In this document: positions 38,256 through 48,185 of the stretch, one piece after another
Layout: each line of letters opens with the position of its first letter
Numbering within the stretch: position 1 is the first letter of the stretch
NCBI GenBank assembly: GCA_964575955.1
Contig: CAZNTG010000009.1
Coordinates: forward strand, 32,001-96,000
Direction of reading: 5' to 3'
Origin: an uncultured Thermoproteaceae archaeon
GTDB taxonomy: Archaea > Thermoproteota > Thermoprotei > Thermoproteales > Thermocladiaceae
DNA length: 64,000 bases
The notes under the pieces: generated by a model
What the model was told of the DNA's origin: nothing
The model's input: only the letters and a program-made list of their open reading frames with translations
The model's database searches: none
Translations under genes and position numbers: made by a program

Positions 38256-38448
38256 ATTTCTTATATTCTTCAAGAGCTTCTTCATCTAGCTTTGATATTA
38301 TTAATCCAGCATGAACAAGAACTATATCTCCAGGTTTAATATCTTCAACACCTATAATTACCTGTCTTCTAACACCGCCAAAATCTACAGTTGCAATATT
38401 ATTTTCTCTATCAATCTCAACAACAATTCCAGGAACAGCCCAACACAT
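38191..38448 (-). CDS. hypC: Hydrogenase assembly chaperone HypC/HupF
   Basis: MCWAVP, VDFGG, GD.VLVHAG. Confidence 0.95.
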   Translation of the reverse strand: MCWAVPGIVVEIDRENNIATVDFGGVRRQVIIGVEDIKPGDIVLVHAGLIISKLDEEALEEYKKFIEEIEKALNENLEQPQHLEY

Positions 38449-38501
38449 GAGTAAGATTATAAATGCCTAATTTATATATGTGAACTCTCGAATTAGTAAT
38501 C

Positions 38502-39530
38502 ATGCTACTTAACTTAATTAATCTCAACAAGGATCATATAGATGTAGTTAGTGAACACATTAGGAGGATAATAGACATGGAAGGTTATAAAATACTTAAC
38601 ATATCTACAGAAATGAAAATTTGTAAATTAATGATTGACAAATTTAGAGATAGTGTTAAAAGACTTCTAAAAAGTGGAAATATATATAAAGTATTTGAAG
38701 AATTGTATAAGATATTTACAGTATTTTCATACGTATCAGATATTGATGAGAGTATTGACACAATACTAAAGATATTAGAAAATTACAATATTGAGAAAGA
38801 TTTCTTAGAAGTATGTACACAATCTAATATACAATATCTTAAAAATATTGTAAATAAAGTAAAGAATGTAGATTTTAGAAATAATGCTAAAGTTATAACA
38901 GAACAATTATTAACATCTAGAAGTTGTGATAAAGTATTTTATAAAGCTAGAGATTTAGGTATTAAAGATAGGATAGTACACATGATGATATATGTTATTC
39001 ATAATTTACTAAAAGATACAGAGTATGAACTTTCTAACATTGATAAAGTTCCTCCTCATGTAGATATTCATAATGTTAAAGTTTTACTGAGATTAGGAGT
39101 ATTGAATTTCGATAGAAATATACTTGATAGATATGTTGGTTCAGGTAGGTATTTCATGAGAATAATACCGATATGTGCTAAGCTTGCTCCTGATGAGGTG
39201 TATAAGACTGTTTGGGAAGTTTTAAAGAGAAAATCTCTAGATGCTATATTTGAAATATCTAAGAGAGTTAATATTGAACCTCTAGTACTTTCATTTTATC
39301 TATCTGCAATTGGTAAGAATTACTGCATATTTAATGATGATGAAAAATCTTCAAAACATTACTGCCCTATTAAGGAGTTGAAAACTTGTCCTTTAAGTAC
39401 TGTGTGTAGAACATATGTTGGATTAAATAGTATGTTGATATTTAGTAGAAGACAACTTAGACTACTACTCAAATACTTAAACGCTCCTAAAAATGTTATT
39501 GAAAATTCTTGTGAAGTAATAGTAGTTTGA
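38502..39530 (+). CDS. Divergent HhH-GPD superfamily protein with C-terminal Cys cluster
   Basis: PPHVDIHNVKV..RLG resembles PVDTHV.RV..RLG; GKNYC...C......CPL..VC. Confidence 0.6.
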   Translation: MLLNLINLNKDHIDVVSEHIRRIIDMEGYKILNISTEMKICKLMIDKFRDSVKRLLKSGNIYKVFEELYKIFTVFSYVSDIDESIDTILKILENYNIEKDFLEVCTQSNIQYLKNIVNKVKNVDFRNNAKVITEQLLTSRSCDKVFYKARDLGIKDRIVHMMIYVIHNLLKDTEYELSNIDKVPPHVDIHNVKVLLRLGVLNFDRNILDRYVGSGRYFMRIIPICAKLAPDEVYKTVWEVLKRKSLDAIFEISKRVNIEPLVLSFYLSAIGKNYCIFNDDEKSSKHYCPIKELKTCPLSTVCRTYVGLNSMLIFSRRQLRLLLKYLNAPKNVIENSCEVIVV

Positions 39531-39539
39531 AAATGTAGC

Positions 39540-39599
39540 TCAGCGTAGTCTAGCTTCTTCACTAATCTGTGGCAGGTCCATCGACCGCACCTTCATCAT
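39540..39599 (-). ncRNA. Box C/D methylation-guide sRNA #4 (extended)
   Basis: Minus strand reads ATGATGA aggtgcggtcgatggacctgcca CAGA ttag TGAAGA agctagactacg CTGA; GC-rich island. Confidence 0.82.
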
Positions 39600-39627
39600 T
39601 ATTTACCTTTTCATATATGTCTAATTT

Positions 39628-40707
39628 ATGTCCTATCCTATATATGAGGTAAGATTTAGACCATGTAGAGTATGGTTGAGAAGGACTTTTAGAACAGCTC
39701 TAGGTGAGGAGGTTGAAAGTTGTGTCATATATCTAGCATTGATAGATAAGAGAGGTAATGTAGGATATGGAGAGATAGCACCTTCAAGATTTATTGTAGG
39801 ATCTACAACAAGCCTAGTATTGGAAAGTTTAGAATTATTAAAGAAGGTTATTATAGATGAGAAGGTATTAGGAACTGATTACTATAAGATTGATAAGATA
39901 TTTGAAAAATATGTAAGATATCCTCAAGATGTATTAACAGGTATTGATATAGCTATGATAGATTTAACTTGTAGAGAGTTCGGAATACCATTATGGAAAT
40001 TTTTAGGTGCTGAGAAGAAGGAGCTTATAACTGACATTACTGTAAGTCTAGAAGATCCTGAAGATATGAGAGATGAAATTAGTGATTACCTATCTAGAGG
40101 ATTTGAAATATTGAAAATAAAACTTGGAGATCCAGATAGAGATTTAGAACGTATAAAAATTTTAGAAGAATTTAATGATAAGGTTAAGTTTTATAGAATT
40201 GATGCTAATCAAGGATGGAGAGATTTAAAGACAGCTATCAAGTTCTTGAAGATGTTAGAGAAATTGAAGGTTGAACTAGTAGAACAACCATTACCTAAAA
40301 ATTCTCTAAGAGAATTATCAATATTGAGAAATATCTCTGAAATACCTATAATTCTTGATGAATCAGTTATGAATATTAGAGATATTGTAGAAGTATTAAT
40401 ACAAAATTCCTGTGATGGTATTAATATTAAACTTATGAAATTTGGAGGTATTAGAAGAGCATGTACGGCATGTGAAATTGCGAAAGCATTGAATTTAAAA
40501 TTGATGATTGGATGTATGTTAGAGACAAAAGTTTCAATTACAGCTGCTGCATGTATAGCTGCTAGATATGATATTGATTATATAGATCTAGACTCACCAT
40601 TGCTAATTGATAGAGTTGAGATAGATGTTAAGGGTGGTGTAGTTTATGATGGTTGTAAAATAATTCTAAACGATAATCCAGGTCTTGGAGTTAGTATAGA
40701 TTTATAA
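39628..40707 (+). CDS. Enolase-superfamily dipeptide epimerase (L-Ala-D/L-Glu epimerase / DgcA-like)
   Basis: KIK, DANQGW, EQP, DES, NIKLMKFGG, GCM.E, DLD. Confidence 0.88.
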   Translation: MSYPIYEVRFRPCRVWLRRTFRTALGEEVESCVIYLALIDKRGNVGYGEIAPSRFIVGSTTSLVLESLELLKKVIIDEKVLGTDYYKIDKIFEKYVRYPQDVLTGIDIAMIDLTCREFGIPLWKFLGAEKKELITDITVSLEDPEDMRDEISDYLSRGFEILKIKLGDPDRDLERIKILEEFNDKVKFYRIDANQGWRDLKTAIKFLKMLEKLKVELVEQPLPKNSLRELSILRNISEIPIILDESVMNIRDIVEVLIQNSCDGINIKLMKFGGIRRACTACEIAKALNLKLMIGCMLETKVSITAAACIAARYDIDYIDLDSPLLIDRVEIDVKGGVVYDGCKIILNDNPGLGVSIDL

Positions 40708-41793
40708 TTTTTCAATTTTCTTAATCTTATCTTCAATAACATCTACAATCTTCTTAACATTATGTCTAGGATCAGCTGAAGGTATTCCTAATCTACTTTC
40801 TAAAATTTCACACATATTTTCAACATCTTCAACCTTTCTATCCTTACCCATTACTGATATTGCTACAATTTCTGTGCTTGGTATGTGTATTTTTATAGCT
40901 TTAATCTCGTCTTCAATATCTGGCATTTTTAAACCTATATGTTCAAAACTTTCTCTATAAACTCTCCAAGGATCATGACATAGAACTACCATGTGAGGCA
41001 TAGTGCCATAGTATATTCCTAACGTTACTTGTGAATATGCTGGATGTAGAAGTGATGCTTGACCTTCAACTATAACTATCTGATAACCTTCCTTATCTAG
41101 ATCTACAACATGTTTCTCAACTTCACCAGGTACGAAATCTGCAGGTATTGCATCAACTACAGTTCCTGCATCTGCACCAACCATAAGCATTGTCTGACCT
41201 GTACCTACGAGACCAACCTTGTAACCTCTCCTTTCAAGTTCTCTAACAATTTCAATACTTGTAACATTTTTACCAACTGAGCAGTCTGTTCCTGATACTA
41301 GAATTCTAATACATCTAGTTTTGAGTATTGAACTGTCCCAAATTCTCAAATTCTTTGGAGGTTTTCTAAAATCTACAATCTCTACACCATACTTTTCAGC
41401 TAACTTCCTAAATTCAGAATCTTCACTTATAAATATGTGAAGTCCACTCCATATATTTAACCTATTTTCGATAGCTTTTCTAATATATTCACGATATTTT
41501 TCAGGTAGTCTACCACCTACAGGAGATATCCCAACTATGAGTGTATCTACATCATCAACATTTAAGGCTTCTTCAATATTTGAAACAACAGGAATTCCTC
41601 TAAATCCAATACCGAGAACATCACCTGCATCTCTACCAGAATATCTGGAATCTATTACCGATCTTACAATTACTCTTCTCCATCCACTATACATGACTAG
41701 TATATTACATGTCTTACCTGTCAATTCTCCAAGCTTACCTTCAGCTAGCACTATTGCTCTAGCTTTCAATTTCCTTAACTCTTCTCTATCCAT
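40702..41793 (-). CDS. DUF1611 domain protein (DgcN-like N-acetyltransferase)
   Basis: GKT, SGLH, GTDCSVGK, TGQT, DA...DF..G, VEGQ.SL.HPAYS. Confidence 0.88.
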   Translation of the reverse strand: MDREELRKLKARAIVLAEGKLGELTGKTCNILVMYSGWRRVIVRSVIDSRYSGRDAGDVLGIGFRGIPVVSNIEEALNVDDVDTLIVGISPVGGRLPEKYREYIRKAIENRLNIWSGLHIFISEDSEFRKLAEKYGVEIVDFRKPPKNLRIWDSSILKTRCIRILVSGTDCSVGKNVTSIEIVRELERRGYKVGLVGTGQTMLMVGADAGTVVDAIPADFVPGEVEKHVVDLDKEGYQIVIVEGQASLLHPAYSQVTLGIYYGTMPHMVVLCHDPWRVYRESFEHIGLKMPDIEDEIKAIKIHIPSTEIVAISVMGKDRKVEDVENMCEILESRLGIPSADPRHNVKKIVDVIEDKIKKIEKL

Positions 41794-41830
41794 TAAAATA
41801 TTGTTAATCTAAATGCATATTTAAACATGA

Positions 41831-42817
41831 TTATAATATGTGTAACATAGTTAAGATATATAAGATATAACCTGCCAATCCAAGTATAGCAACTTCAAAA
41901 CCTATATCTTGTCTAAGTATGTAGAATATCATTATTAGAGATATTAATGTTGTATAAAATATGCAGAATATAGAACTTAACTTCAAAATCCACTCAGTAA
42001 CAAATATAGCAATACCCGGATAGAATGTTGAGTATAGAACTTTCTCACCTACAATAGATTCTAACGCTAGAGTATCTTTACCATTGTAAGCCCATACAAG
42101 ACCAACAACTGATTCAGGAAGTGCTGATACTGATGGAATTATAACTATCGATAATAGTTGTGGATCTATGTTAAATATTTTAGATATGTATATAACACCA
42201 TCAACAAGATTTCTAGATCCAAAATATATAAACAGTATTGATAATATAAGCTGTAGTATAGATGCAGCATAGATATTCTTAATAATTTTACTAAAAACTA
42301 CCTCACTACTATGTTCAACACTCATAACCTTTCCAGATCTTGTTGTCAATATTACATAGATGAAGTATGAGGCTAGTAGAGAAATTCCTACAAGATATTT
42401 CATATATATATTAGATATGTAGTGTGGTATTAACACTATTGGAAATAGTATTGTAAATACTATGAATGGAATTACAACTTCCCTATCAGGTCTAAGTCTT
42501 GGACTTCTCCTTCTCTTTTTAAAATATGATATTAATGCTGTAAGTATAAGCATTGGGTATATTATTGTTGAAGCCATGAATGGTTCTCCAATAACAGTTC
42601 CAATACTTATCTCAGAACCTTCAACACCACCATGTATAAGTGCTACAATTATCACTGTAAGTTCAGGTAGTGATGTCAATATTGGAGATATTACAGCACC
42701 TGTTAATGATGTTGTAAATCTAAATTTAGATGCTAAGAATTCTAGAGAGCTTGTAAATAGTAGTCCTCCAATAATCACTAGGATTGATCCAGCAACTAGC
42801 TGAAGTATAGAATACAC
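41831..42817 (-). CDS. Sodium:calcium exchanger family (CaCA) membrane protein
   Basis: Two alpha repeats (TSLPE, SALPE); about 10 TM segments. Confidence 0.87.
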   Translation of the reverse strand: MYSILQLVAGSILVIIGGLLFTSSLEFLASKFRFTTSLTGAVISPILTSLPELTVIIVALIHGGVEGSEISIGTVIGEPFMASTIIYPMLILTALISYFKKRRRSPRLRPDREVVIPFIVFTILFPIVLIPHYISNIYMKYLVGISLLASYFIYVILTTRSGKVMSVEHSSEVVFSKIIKNIYAASILQLILSILFIYFGSRNLVDGVIYISKIFNIDPQLLSIVIIPSVSALPESVVGLVWAYNGKDTLALESIVGEKVLYSTFYPGIAIFVTEWILKLSSIFCIFYTTLISLIMIFYILRQDIGFEVAILGLAGYILYILTMLHIL

Positions 42818-42829
42818 AGAATTTCAAGT

Positions 42830-43204
42830 TTAAATTATTATTTTCACATTACTACCTTTAGGATTCATTCTAACAAGTTCAGGAATTGATATTGCTTTAC
42901 CTCCAGCTTTGATAACTTTCTCATATGCAGATTTTGAAAATGCATATGCTGCAACAATAACTTTCTTAGTAAGTACACCATCACCGAGAAGTTTTCCAGG
43001 TATTACAACCATGTCACCATCATTACATAATCTCTCAAGTTTTCCAACATTTACAACAATTCTCTTTCTTCTAGGTCTTTCAAGAAGTTCTGCAACATAC
43101 TTCCATATTCTAACCTTATTTTCTCTAGATGCCTTTCTTAGAAATCTAATTAAGAGTCTAAGTCTCTCATTTGTAGGTCCTGTTGGTGGTCTTGAACTTG
43201 GCAT
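42830..43204 (-). CDS. rpl18e: 50S ribosomal protein eL18
   Basis: VNVGK, V.PGKLLG.G, FS..A..K...AGG, NPKGSNV. Confidence 0.96.
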   Translation of the reverse strand: MPSSRPPTGPTNERLRLLIRFLRKASRENKVRIWKYVAELLERPRRKRIVVNVGKLERLCNDGDMVVIPGKLLGDGVLTKKVIVAAYAFSKSAYEKVIKAGGKAISIPELVRMNPKGSNVKIII

Positions 43205-43232
43205 TGCAAGTCAAATTAGTTAAGACCCCTTT

Positions 43233-44690
43233 TTAAATCCTCTCTACACCTGCAGTTACTCTATCATACTCTTCGAAGAGTGTATTTGAGATCTCTATAC
43301 CAAGTTTGTACAGTATTCCCCAAGCGGCTATAATTCCTGTAGATGCTGCAATATTTATACCTCTTGAAAGACCAGCACCATCACCGGCTGCGAAAATATT
43401 TTCAACTGTAGTTTCCATAAATCTATTAACTCTAGTCTTCATACTGTAATACTTTATCTCAGGTGCATACAGTAGTGTATGTGTTGATGCTATTCCAGGA
43501 ATAACCTCATCAAGCTTTTCTAATGCTTCTAATAGATCTGTAACTACTCTATGAGGTAGTGCAAGAGCTATATCTCCAGGTGCAACTTCTTTTAATGTTG
43601 GCTCTACGATACTTCTCCTAATTCTATCCCATGTAGATCTTCTACCAACTCTAAGATCTCCAAGTCTCTGAATTATTGGTCTACCATCTCCAAGTTTTGT
43701 AACCATTCTAGCAATAGCTTTACCATACTCAATAGTATCACTTAGAGGATCTGTAAGTCTAAGACTTACGAGTAGTGCAAAGTTTGTATTTTTAGACTTC
43801 CTATCAGTATATGTCTCACCATTAACTCCAACAGTACCATCATCATAATTTTCTCTAATTACAAAACCTCCAGGATTTGTGCAGAATGTTCTAACCTTAT
43901 CGTCATAGGTCTTTGTATATATTATAATTTTAGGATCGAAGAATAGTCTTGTTAATGGTTCCATAACGTAGTAAGGTACTTCAACTCTAACACCAATATC
44001 TAGTGGATTTGGCTCAAGTTCAATTCCAAGTTTCTTAGCAACTTCTTTAAACCATTCAGCACCTGATCTACCTGGAGCAACTAGGAGAGTTTTACATTCT
44101 ACATCACCTCTACTAGTCTTCACAATTATGGTATTACTCTTCTTCTCAATATCGAATACTTCTGTCATTGTTGCAATTTTCACACCTCTACTCTCAATAT
44201 ATCTAGTCATATTTTCAATTACTTTTGGAGTGTTGTCAGTACCGATATGTCTTTGTCTAATTCTTACAAGTTGTGCACCTACTTTAACAAATTTTCTTTG
44301 AAGTTCTCTAAAATCTTCATTACTAGGATCAAATATTCTATCAGGAGCTCCAAATTTTACAAATATTGAATCTACATAGTATACTATCTTCTCAGCCATG
44401 TCCCAACTACCTATAAGTTCATGAAGATCACCACCAATGTCAGGTCTCAGATTTATAGTGCCACTACTTAGAGTTCCTGCACCACCAATACCGCACATTA
44501 TGTTGCATGGTCTACATTTTGCACATCTACCCTTAGTCTTTAATGTACATACTCTCTCAAGTGCTCTCTTACCCTTATCTATAAGTAGTATTGAAAGTTT
44601 TCTACCACTCTGCTCAAGATTCCAACATAGTTCATATGCTGCGAATAGTCCTGCAGGTCCAGCACCAACAATAACTACGTCATACTGCAC
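43233..44690 (-). CDS. FAD-dependent oxidoreductase (uncharacterised dehydrogenase family)
   Basis: GAGPAG, HIGTD, DIGVRVE, RTFCTNP, AGDGAG. Confidence 0.87.
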   Translation of the reverse strand: MQYDVVIVGAGPAGLFAAYELCWNLEQSGRKLSILLIDKGKRALERVCTLKTKGRCAKCRPCNIMCGIGGAGTLSSGTINLRPDIGGDLHELIGSWDMAEKIVYYVDSIFVKFGAPDRIFDPSNEDFRELQRKFVKVGAQLVRIRQRHIGTDNTPKVIENMTRYIESRGVKIATMTEVFDIEKKSNTIIVKTSRGDVECKTLLVAPGRSGAEWFKEVAKKLGIELEPNPLDIGVRVEVPYYVMEPLTRLFFDPKIIIYTKTYDDKVRTFCTNPGGFVIRENYDDGTVGVNGETYTDRKSKNTNFALLVSLRLTDPLSDTIEYGKAIARMVTKLGDGRPIIQRLGDLRVGRRSTWDRIRRSIVEPTLKEVAPGDIALALPHRVVTDLLEALEKLDEVIPGIASTHTLLYAPEIKYYSMKTRVNRFMETTVENIFAAGDGAGLSRGINIAASTGIIAAWGILYKLGIEISNTLFEEYDRVTAGVERI

Positions 44691-44764
44691 TTGATCAACC
44701 GTTGTTCAATAATTTTCCTAAAGAATTTAAGAATTGTTAATTTGTGTATAGTATACACAAATCC

Positions 44765-45784
44765 TCATTGAGGGCCAAAGATATCTCTTCTTCTATCAAC
44801 CATATCTTCAGCATCTTCACCAGTACCTATCAGTGTTATTGGAACTTTCAACTTATCTTCAAGATCTTCAATCCATCTTCTAGCTTCAACAGGAAGTTCT
44901 TCCCATCTTCTCTTACCTTTAGCATCTGGAAACACTGCATCAATCTTAGTTATCGCAATTTGAGTTGGAGTATTTATCATTATAGCTCTCTTAGCCCACT
45001 CAACGTTGAATGGTGCAACTCTCCTAGGTCTACCTGTAACAGTACCATACTCAACCCATCCACGTTTAACAGCTTCTTCATGTGGTAACTCTCCTGGTAA
45101 TTCACCAGCACCAACTCTAGTCCAATATGCTTTAAATACTAGAATTATATCGCCAACCTTTCTAGGACCTATACCTGCTTCACTAAGTATTGCAGATGCT
45201 GTAACATCTCTAGAAGTTACGTATGGGTATGTTCCATGGTATAGACTTAGGAATGTTCCTTGAGTACCTTCTATAAGTACATTCTCTCCTCTATCTAAGA
45301 TCTCATTAACTAGAGCTACTGTATCTCTAACATACTTCTTAAGCTCAGGAAAGTCTCTAGCTAACTTCAAAACTCTTAAAACTCTCTCCATCATTGCAGC
45401 ACCAACACCCTGACCTGTAGAGCCTATAACCTTCATCAGATACTCATTCTCACGTTCCATACGTACATGCTTCTCCTCAATAATACCAGTCTTCTCATCA
45501 ACAAATATTCTACCATCACAACCTGTCTCCTCAACTTCCTTCATAAATACGTCAATTCTCATTAATGCTCCTGGAGCAACTATTAGAAGTGTTTCAGGAG
45601 ATAGAAATGCTGATGGTACAATTCTAAGTTTCCAAGTTCTTCCACGATGAACAACTGTATGACCAGCATTTATAGCTCCTGTTCTAATAGCTGCCTTAGG
45701 CTTATCAGAGATTGCTAAATATGCAACAACCTTACCCTTACCTTCATCACCAAATGCACCACCAACAACTACATTAGCAGGCAT
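44765..45784 (-). CDS. purA: Adenylosuccinate synthetase (short archaeal form)
   Basis: GDEGKGK, NAGHT, EGTQG, YPYVTS, TRVG, GTVTGRPRR. Confidence 0.97.
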   Translation of the reverse strand: MPANVVVGGAFGDEGKGKVVAYLAISDKPKAAIRTGAINAGHTVVHRGRTWKLRIVPSAFLSPETLLIVAPGALMRIDVFMKEVEETGCDGRIFVDEKTGIIEEKHVRMERENEYLMKVIGSTGQGVGAAMMERVLRVLKLARDFPELKKYVRDTVALVNEILDRGENVLIEGTQGTFLSLYHGTYPYVTSRDVTASAILSEAGIGPRKVGDIILVFKAYWTRVGAGELPGELPHEEAVKRGWVEYGTVTGRPRRVAPFNVEWAKRAIMINTPTQIAITKIDAVFPDAKGKRRWEELPVEARRWIEDLEDKLKVPITLIGTGEDAEDMVDRRRDIFGPQ

Positions 45785-45883
45785 GATCTACCCTAGATTA
45801 AGTCAATATTTAAAATATTTAAGAAATATTATTTACAACACCGTGTGATAATTATGGAAAGTATGTAGATCTATATAGATGTA

Positions 45884-46714
45884 CTAACCTACCTTAACAT
45901 AGACAACATATGCAACATCACTATCAGCATTATCACAATTATCAATACTACATTCAGATATGTATATTCTATCTCTCTCACATAACTCAACTCTAAGACA
46001 CTTAACTACATCACCACTAACATGCTTTATAGATCTTCTAGAAAATATTTGAATTTGTATTGGAGTTCTCTTAAAGATTACTCTACAAGATTTACCACAC
46101 CTTAAGAGTTCTGATGCATATGTTATAGGTGATGTACATGTTATTATTGATATAGATTTAACATGCTCAGGAATAGTCTTAGCATAATACTCATCAAGAA
46201 TACTATCGATAAGTATTGATACAACTTTACTATTTGAAAATTGTATAAACTTATCAAATTTAGATATGTGGTATATCTCTGTACCTTCAGGAATTAGATC
46301 AAGTACTTGATCTGGTATTGAGTCTGTGTATAGTATTATGTCACTGTTGAATATTACTGAGAGAGCTTTAGGACTCATAAACTTTCTCAATCCAATACCA
46401 ACATCTATAAGGTATAGTCCTGGATTTATTACTCTATCACTACTATTTTCAAAAGCTTTCAATTTCTTAAAGTTTAGCTGATAGAGATGTCTTCTACCAT
46501 GAGAGACATCTCTAACAATTCTAATAAGACCAAGATCACGAAGAAGTGATATTGCCTTTCTGACAGTTCTAGGAGATAGACCTGTACCCTCTACTAATTC
46601 TCTAAAAGTTACAGAATCTACACATTCTACAAGATGTTTATACTTGAGGTATGTTACTATATATCGAGCGGAGTTGGGTAAGTCTGAAGGTCTGAGCTCT
46701 GAGTAGGTGTACAT
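45884..46714 (-). CDS. HTH regulator fused to a degenerate tetrapyrrole-methylase-like domain
   Basis: N-terminal TFRELVEGTGLSPRTVRKAI..L...GLI; then GLYLIDVGIG....S.KAL.....DIILY. Confidence 0.65.
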   Translation of the reverse strand: MYTYSELRPSDLPNSARYIVTYLKYKHLVECVDSVTFRELVEGTGLSPRTVRKAISLLRDLGLIRIVRDVSHGRRHLYQLNFKKLKAFENSSDRVINPGLYLIDVGIGLRKFMSPKALSVIFNSDIILYTDSIPDQVLDLIPEGTEIYHISKFDKFIQFSNSKVVSILIDSILDEYYAKTIPEHVKSISIITCTSPITYASELLRCGKSCRVIFKRTPIQIQIFSRRSIKHVSGDVVKCLRVELCERDRIYISECSIDNCDNADSDVAYVVYVKVG

Positions 46715-46859
46715 GATTTTTCTGAGTAGGATCTCTACATTTGCAATATTTAATAGTTGATCTATGTCTCTCGCCTCTTAACCATACATACTTTACAAAT
46801 CTCTTTCTCTTTTTAATTTAGAGAATAAGTGAAGAATAATAGCCATGTACTAGATCTAG

Positions 46860-48182
46860 ATGGACTACGTCTGTCCACTAGATTGGAGATACGGTTCTGA
46901 GGAAATGAGAAGAATATTCAAAGTTGAGAATATTGTTAGAAAGTATGTAGAAGTTGAAAAAGCTCTAGTATGTACATTAGAGGAGTTAGGTATAGCTGAG
47001 AAAGGATCCTGTGAGAAGATTAAGAATGTAGAAGTTAGTCCTGAAGAGATGTATGAGATGGAGAAGAAGATTGGTCATGATATTGCTAGTCTAGTATTTA
47101 TAATTGAAGAGAAGACTAGCTGTAGATTTGTACATTATGGAGCAACAAGCTACGATATTGTAGATACTACATGGGCATTAATTATAAGAGAGGCATTAGA
47201 CCTAGTTAAGAAGAAGTTGAAAGATTTGATAAACATCTTAATTGACCTAGCTCAAGAACATAGATATACAATAATGATAGGCAGAACGCATGGACAGCAT
47301 GCATTACCAATAACTCTAGGATTTAAATTTGCAAATTACATATACGAATTTACTAGAAGTTTAGAAAGATTGAAAGATGTTGAAGATAGAGTTGTCAGAG
47401 GTAAGATGTCTGGAGCTGTTGGAACAATGGCTGCATGGGGTAATAAAGGTGTTGAAGTTGAGAGAAGAACATTAGAGAAACTTGGACTTAAACCACACAT
47501 AATCTCAACACAGGTAGCTCCAAGAGATGGATTTGCAGAACTTATATGTACATTAGCAATACTTGCATCACAGTTAGATAGATTAGCATTAGAGATTAGA
47601 GAACTATCAAGACCAGAGATAGGAGAGCTATACGAATCGTTTAAGAGGGTTGGAAGTTCAGCAATGCCACATAAGTTAAATCCTGTAACTTCAGAGAAAG
47701 TTTCAGGATTAGCAAAGATGTTGAGAGGTCTTGTAATACCTGCTCTAGAAAATATACCACTATGGCATGAGAGAGATCTAACAAATAGTAGTTGTGAGAG
47801 AATACTAATTCCACATGCATTCTTAATAATTGACGAGATGTTAGATTCAATGATTAAAGTATTGAAGAATTTAGGTATAAATACTCAAAATATGAAGAAG
47901 AATTTAGAATTATTAAAAGGTTATACATTGACTGAGGCTGTTATGAATATTCTCATAAAGAGAGGATTATCAAGATCTGAAGCACATAGATTGTTAAGAG
48001 AACTAACGATGAGATATTCTGAAGGAAAATCTCTGTGGGAAGCTATTAAAGAGAGTGAAATATCTAAGTATCTTACAGATGAAGATTTGAAAAATATTAA
48101 ATATGAAAATTATCTAGGAGAAGTAGATAAGTTAGTAGATAGAGCTATACAATATGCTAAAGATGTTATAAGTAGAGTGTAG
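46860..48182 (+). CDS. purB: Adenylosuccinate lyase
   Basis: HYGATS.D, GRTHGQHA, GSSAMPHK.NP, ERDL.NS. Confidence 0.97.
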   Translation: MDYVCPLDWRYGSEEMRRIFKVENIVRKYVEVEKALVCTLEELGIAEKGSCEKIKNVEVSPEEMYEMEKKIGHDIASLVFIIEEKTSCRFVHYGATSYDIVDTTWALIIREALDLVKKKLKDLINILIDLAQEHRYTIMIGRTHGQHALPITLGFKFANYIYEFTRSLERLKDVEDRVVRGKMSGAVGTMAAWGNKGVEVERRTLEKLGLKPHIISTQVAPRDGFAELICTLAILASQLDRLALEIRELSRPEIGELYESFKRVGSSAMPHKLNPVTSEKVSGLAKMLRGLVIPALENIPLWHERDLTNSSCERILIPHAFLIIDEMLDSMIKVLKNLGINTQNMKKNLELLKGYTLTEAVMNILIKRGLSRSEAHRLLRELTMRYSEGKSLWEAIKESEISKYLTDEDLKNIKYENYLGEVDKLVDRAIQYAKDVISRV

Positions 48183-48185
48183 AGA

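Noticed and set aside
46660-46730. GC-richer patch with several CTGA and a CTGAGTAGG duplicate
   Set aside because: No box C; mostly within the 5' coding region of the HTH gene.
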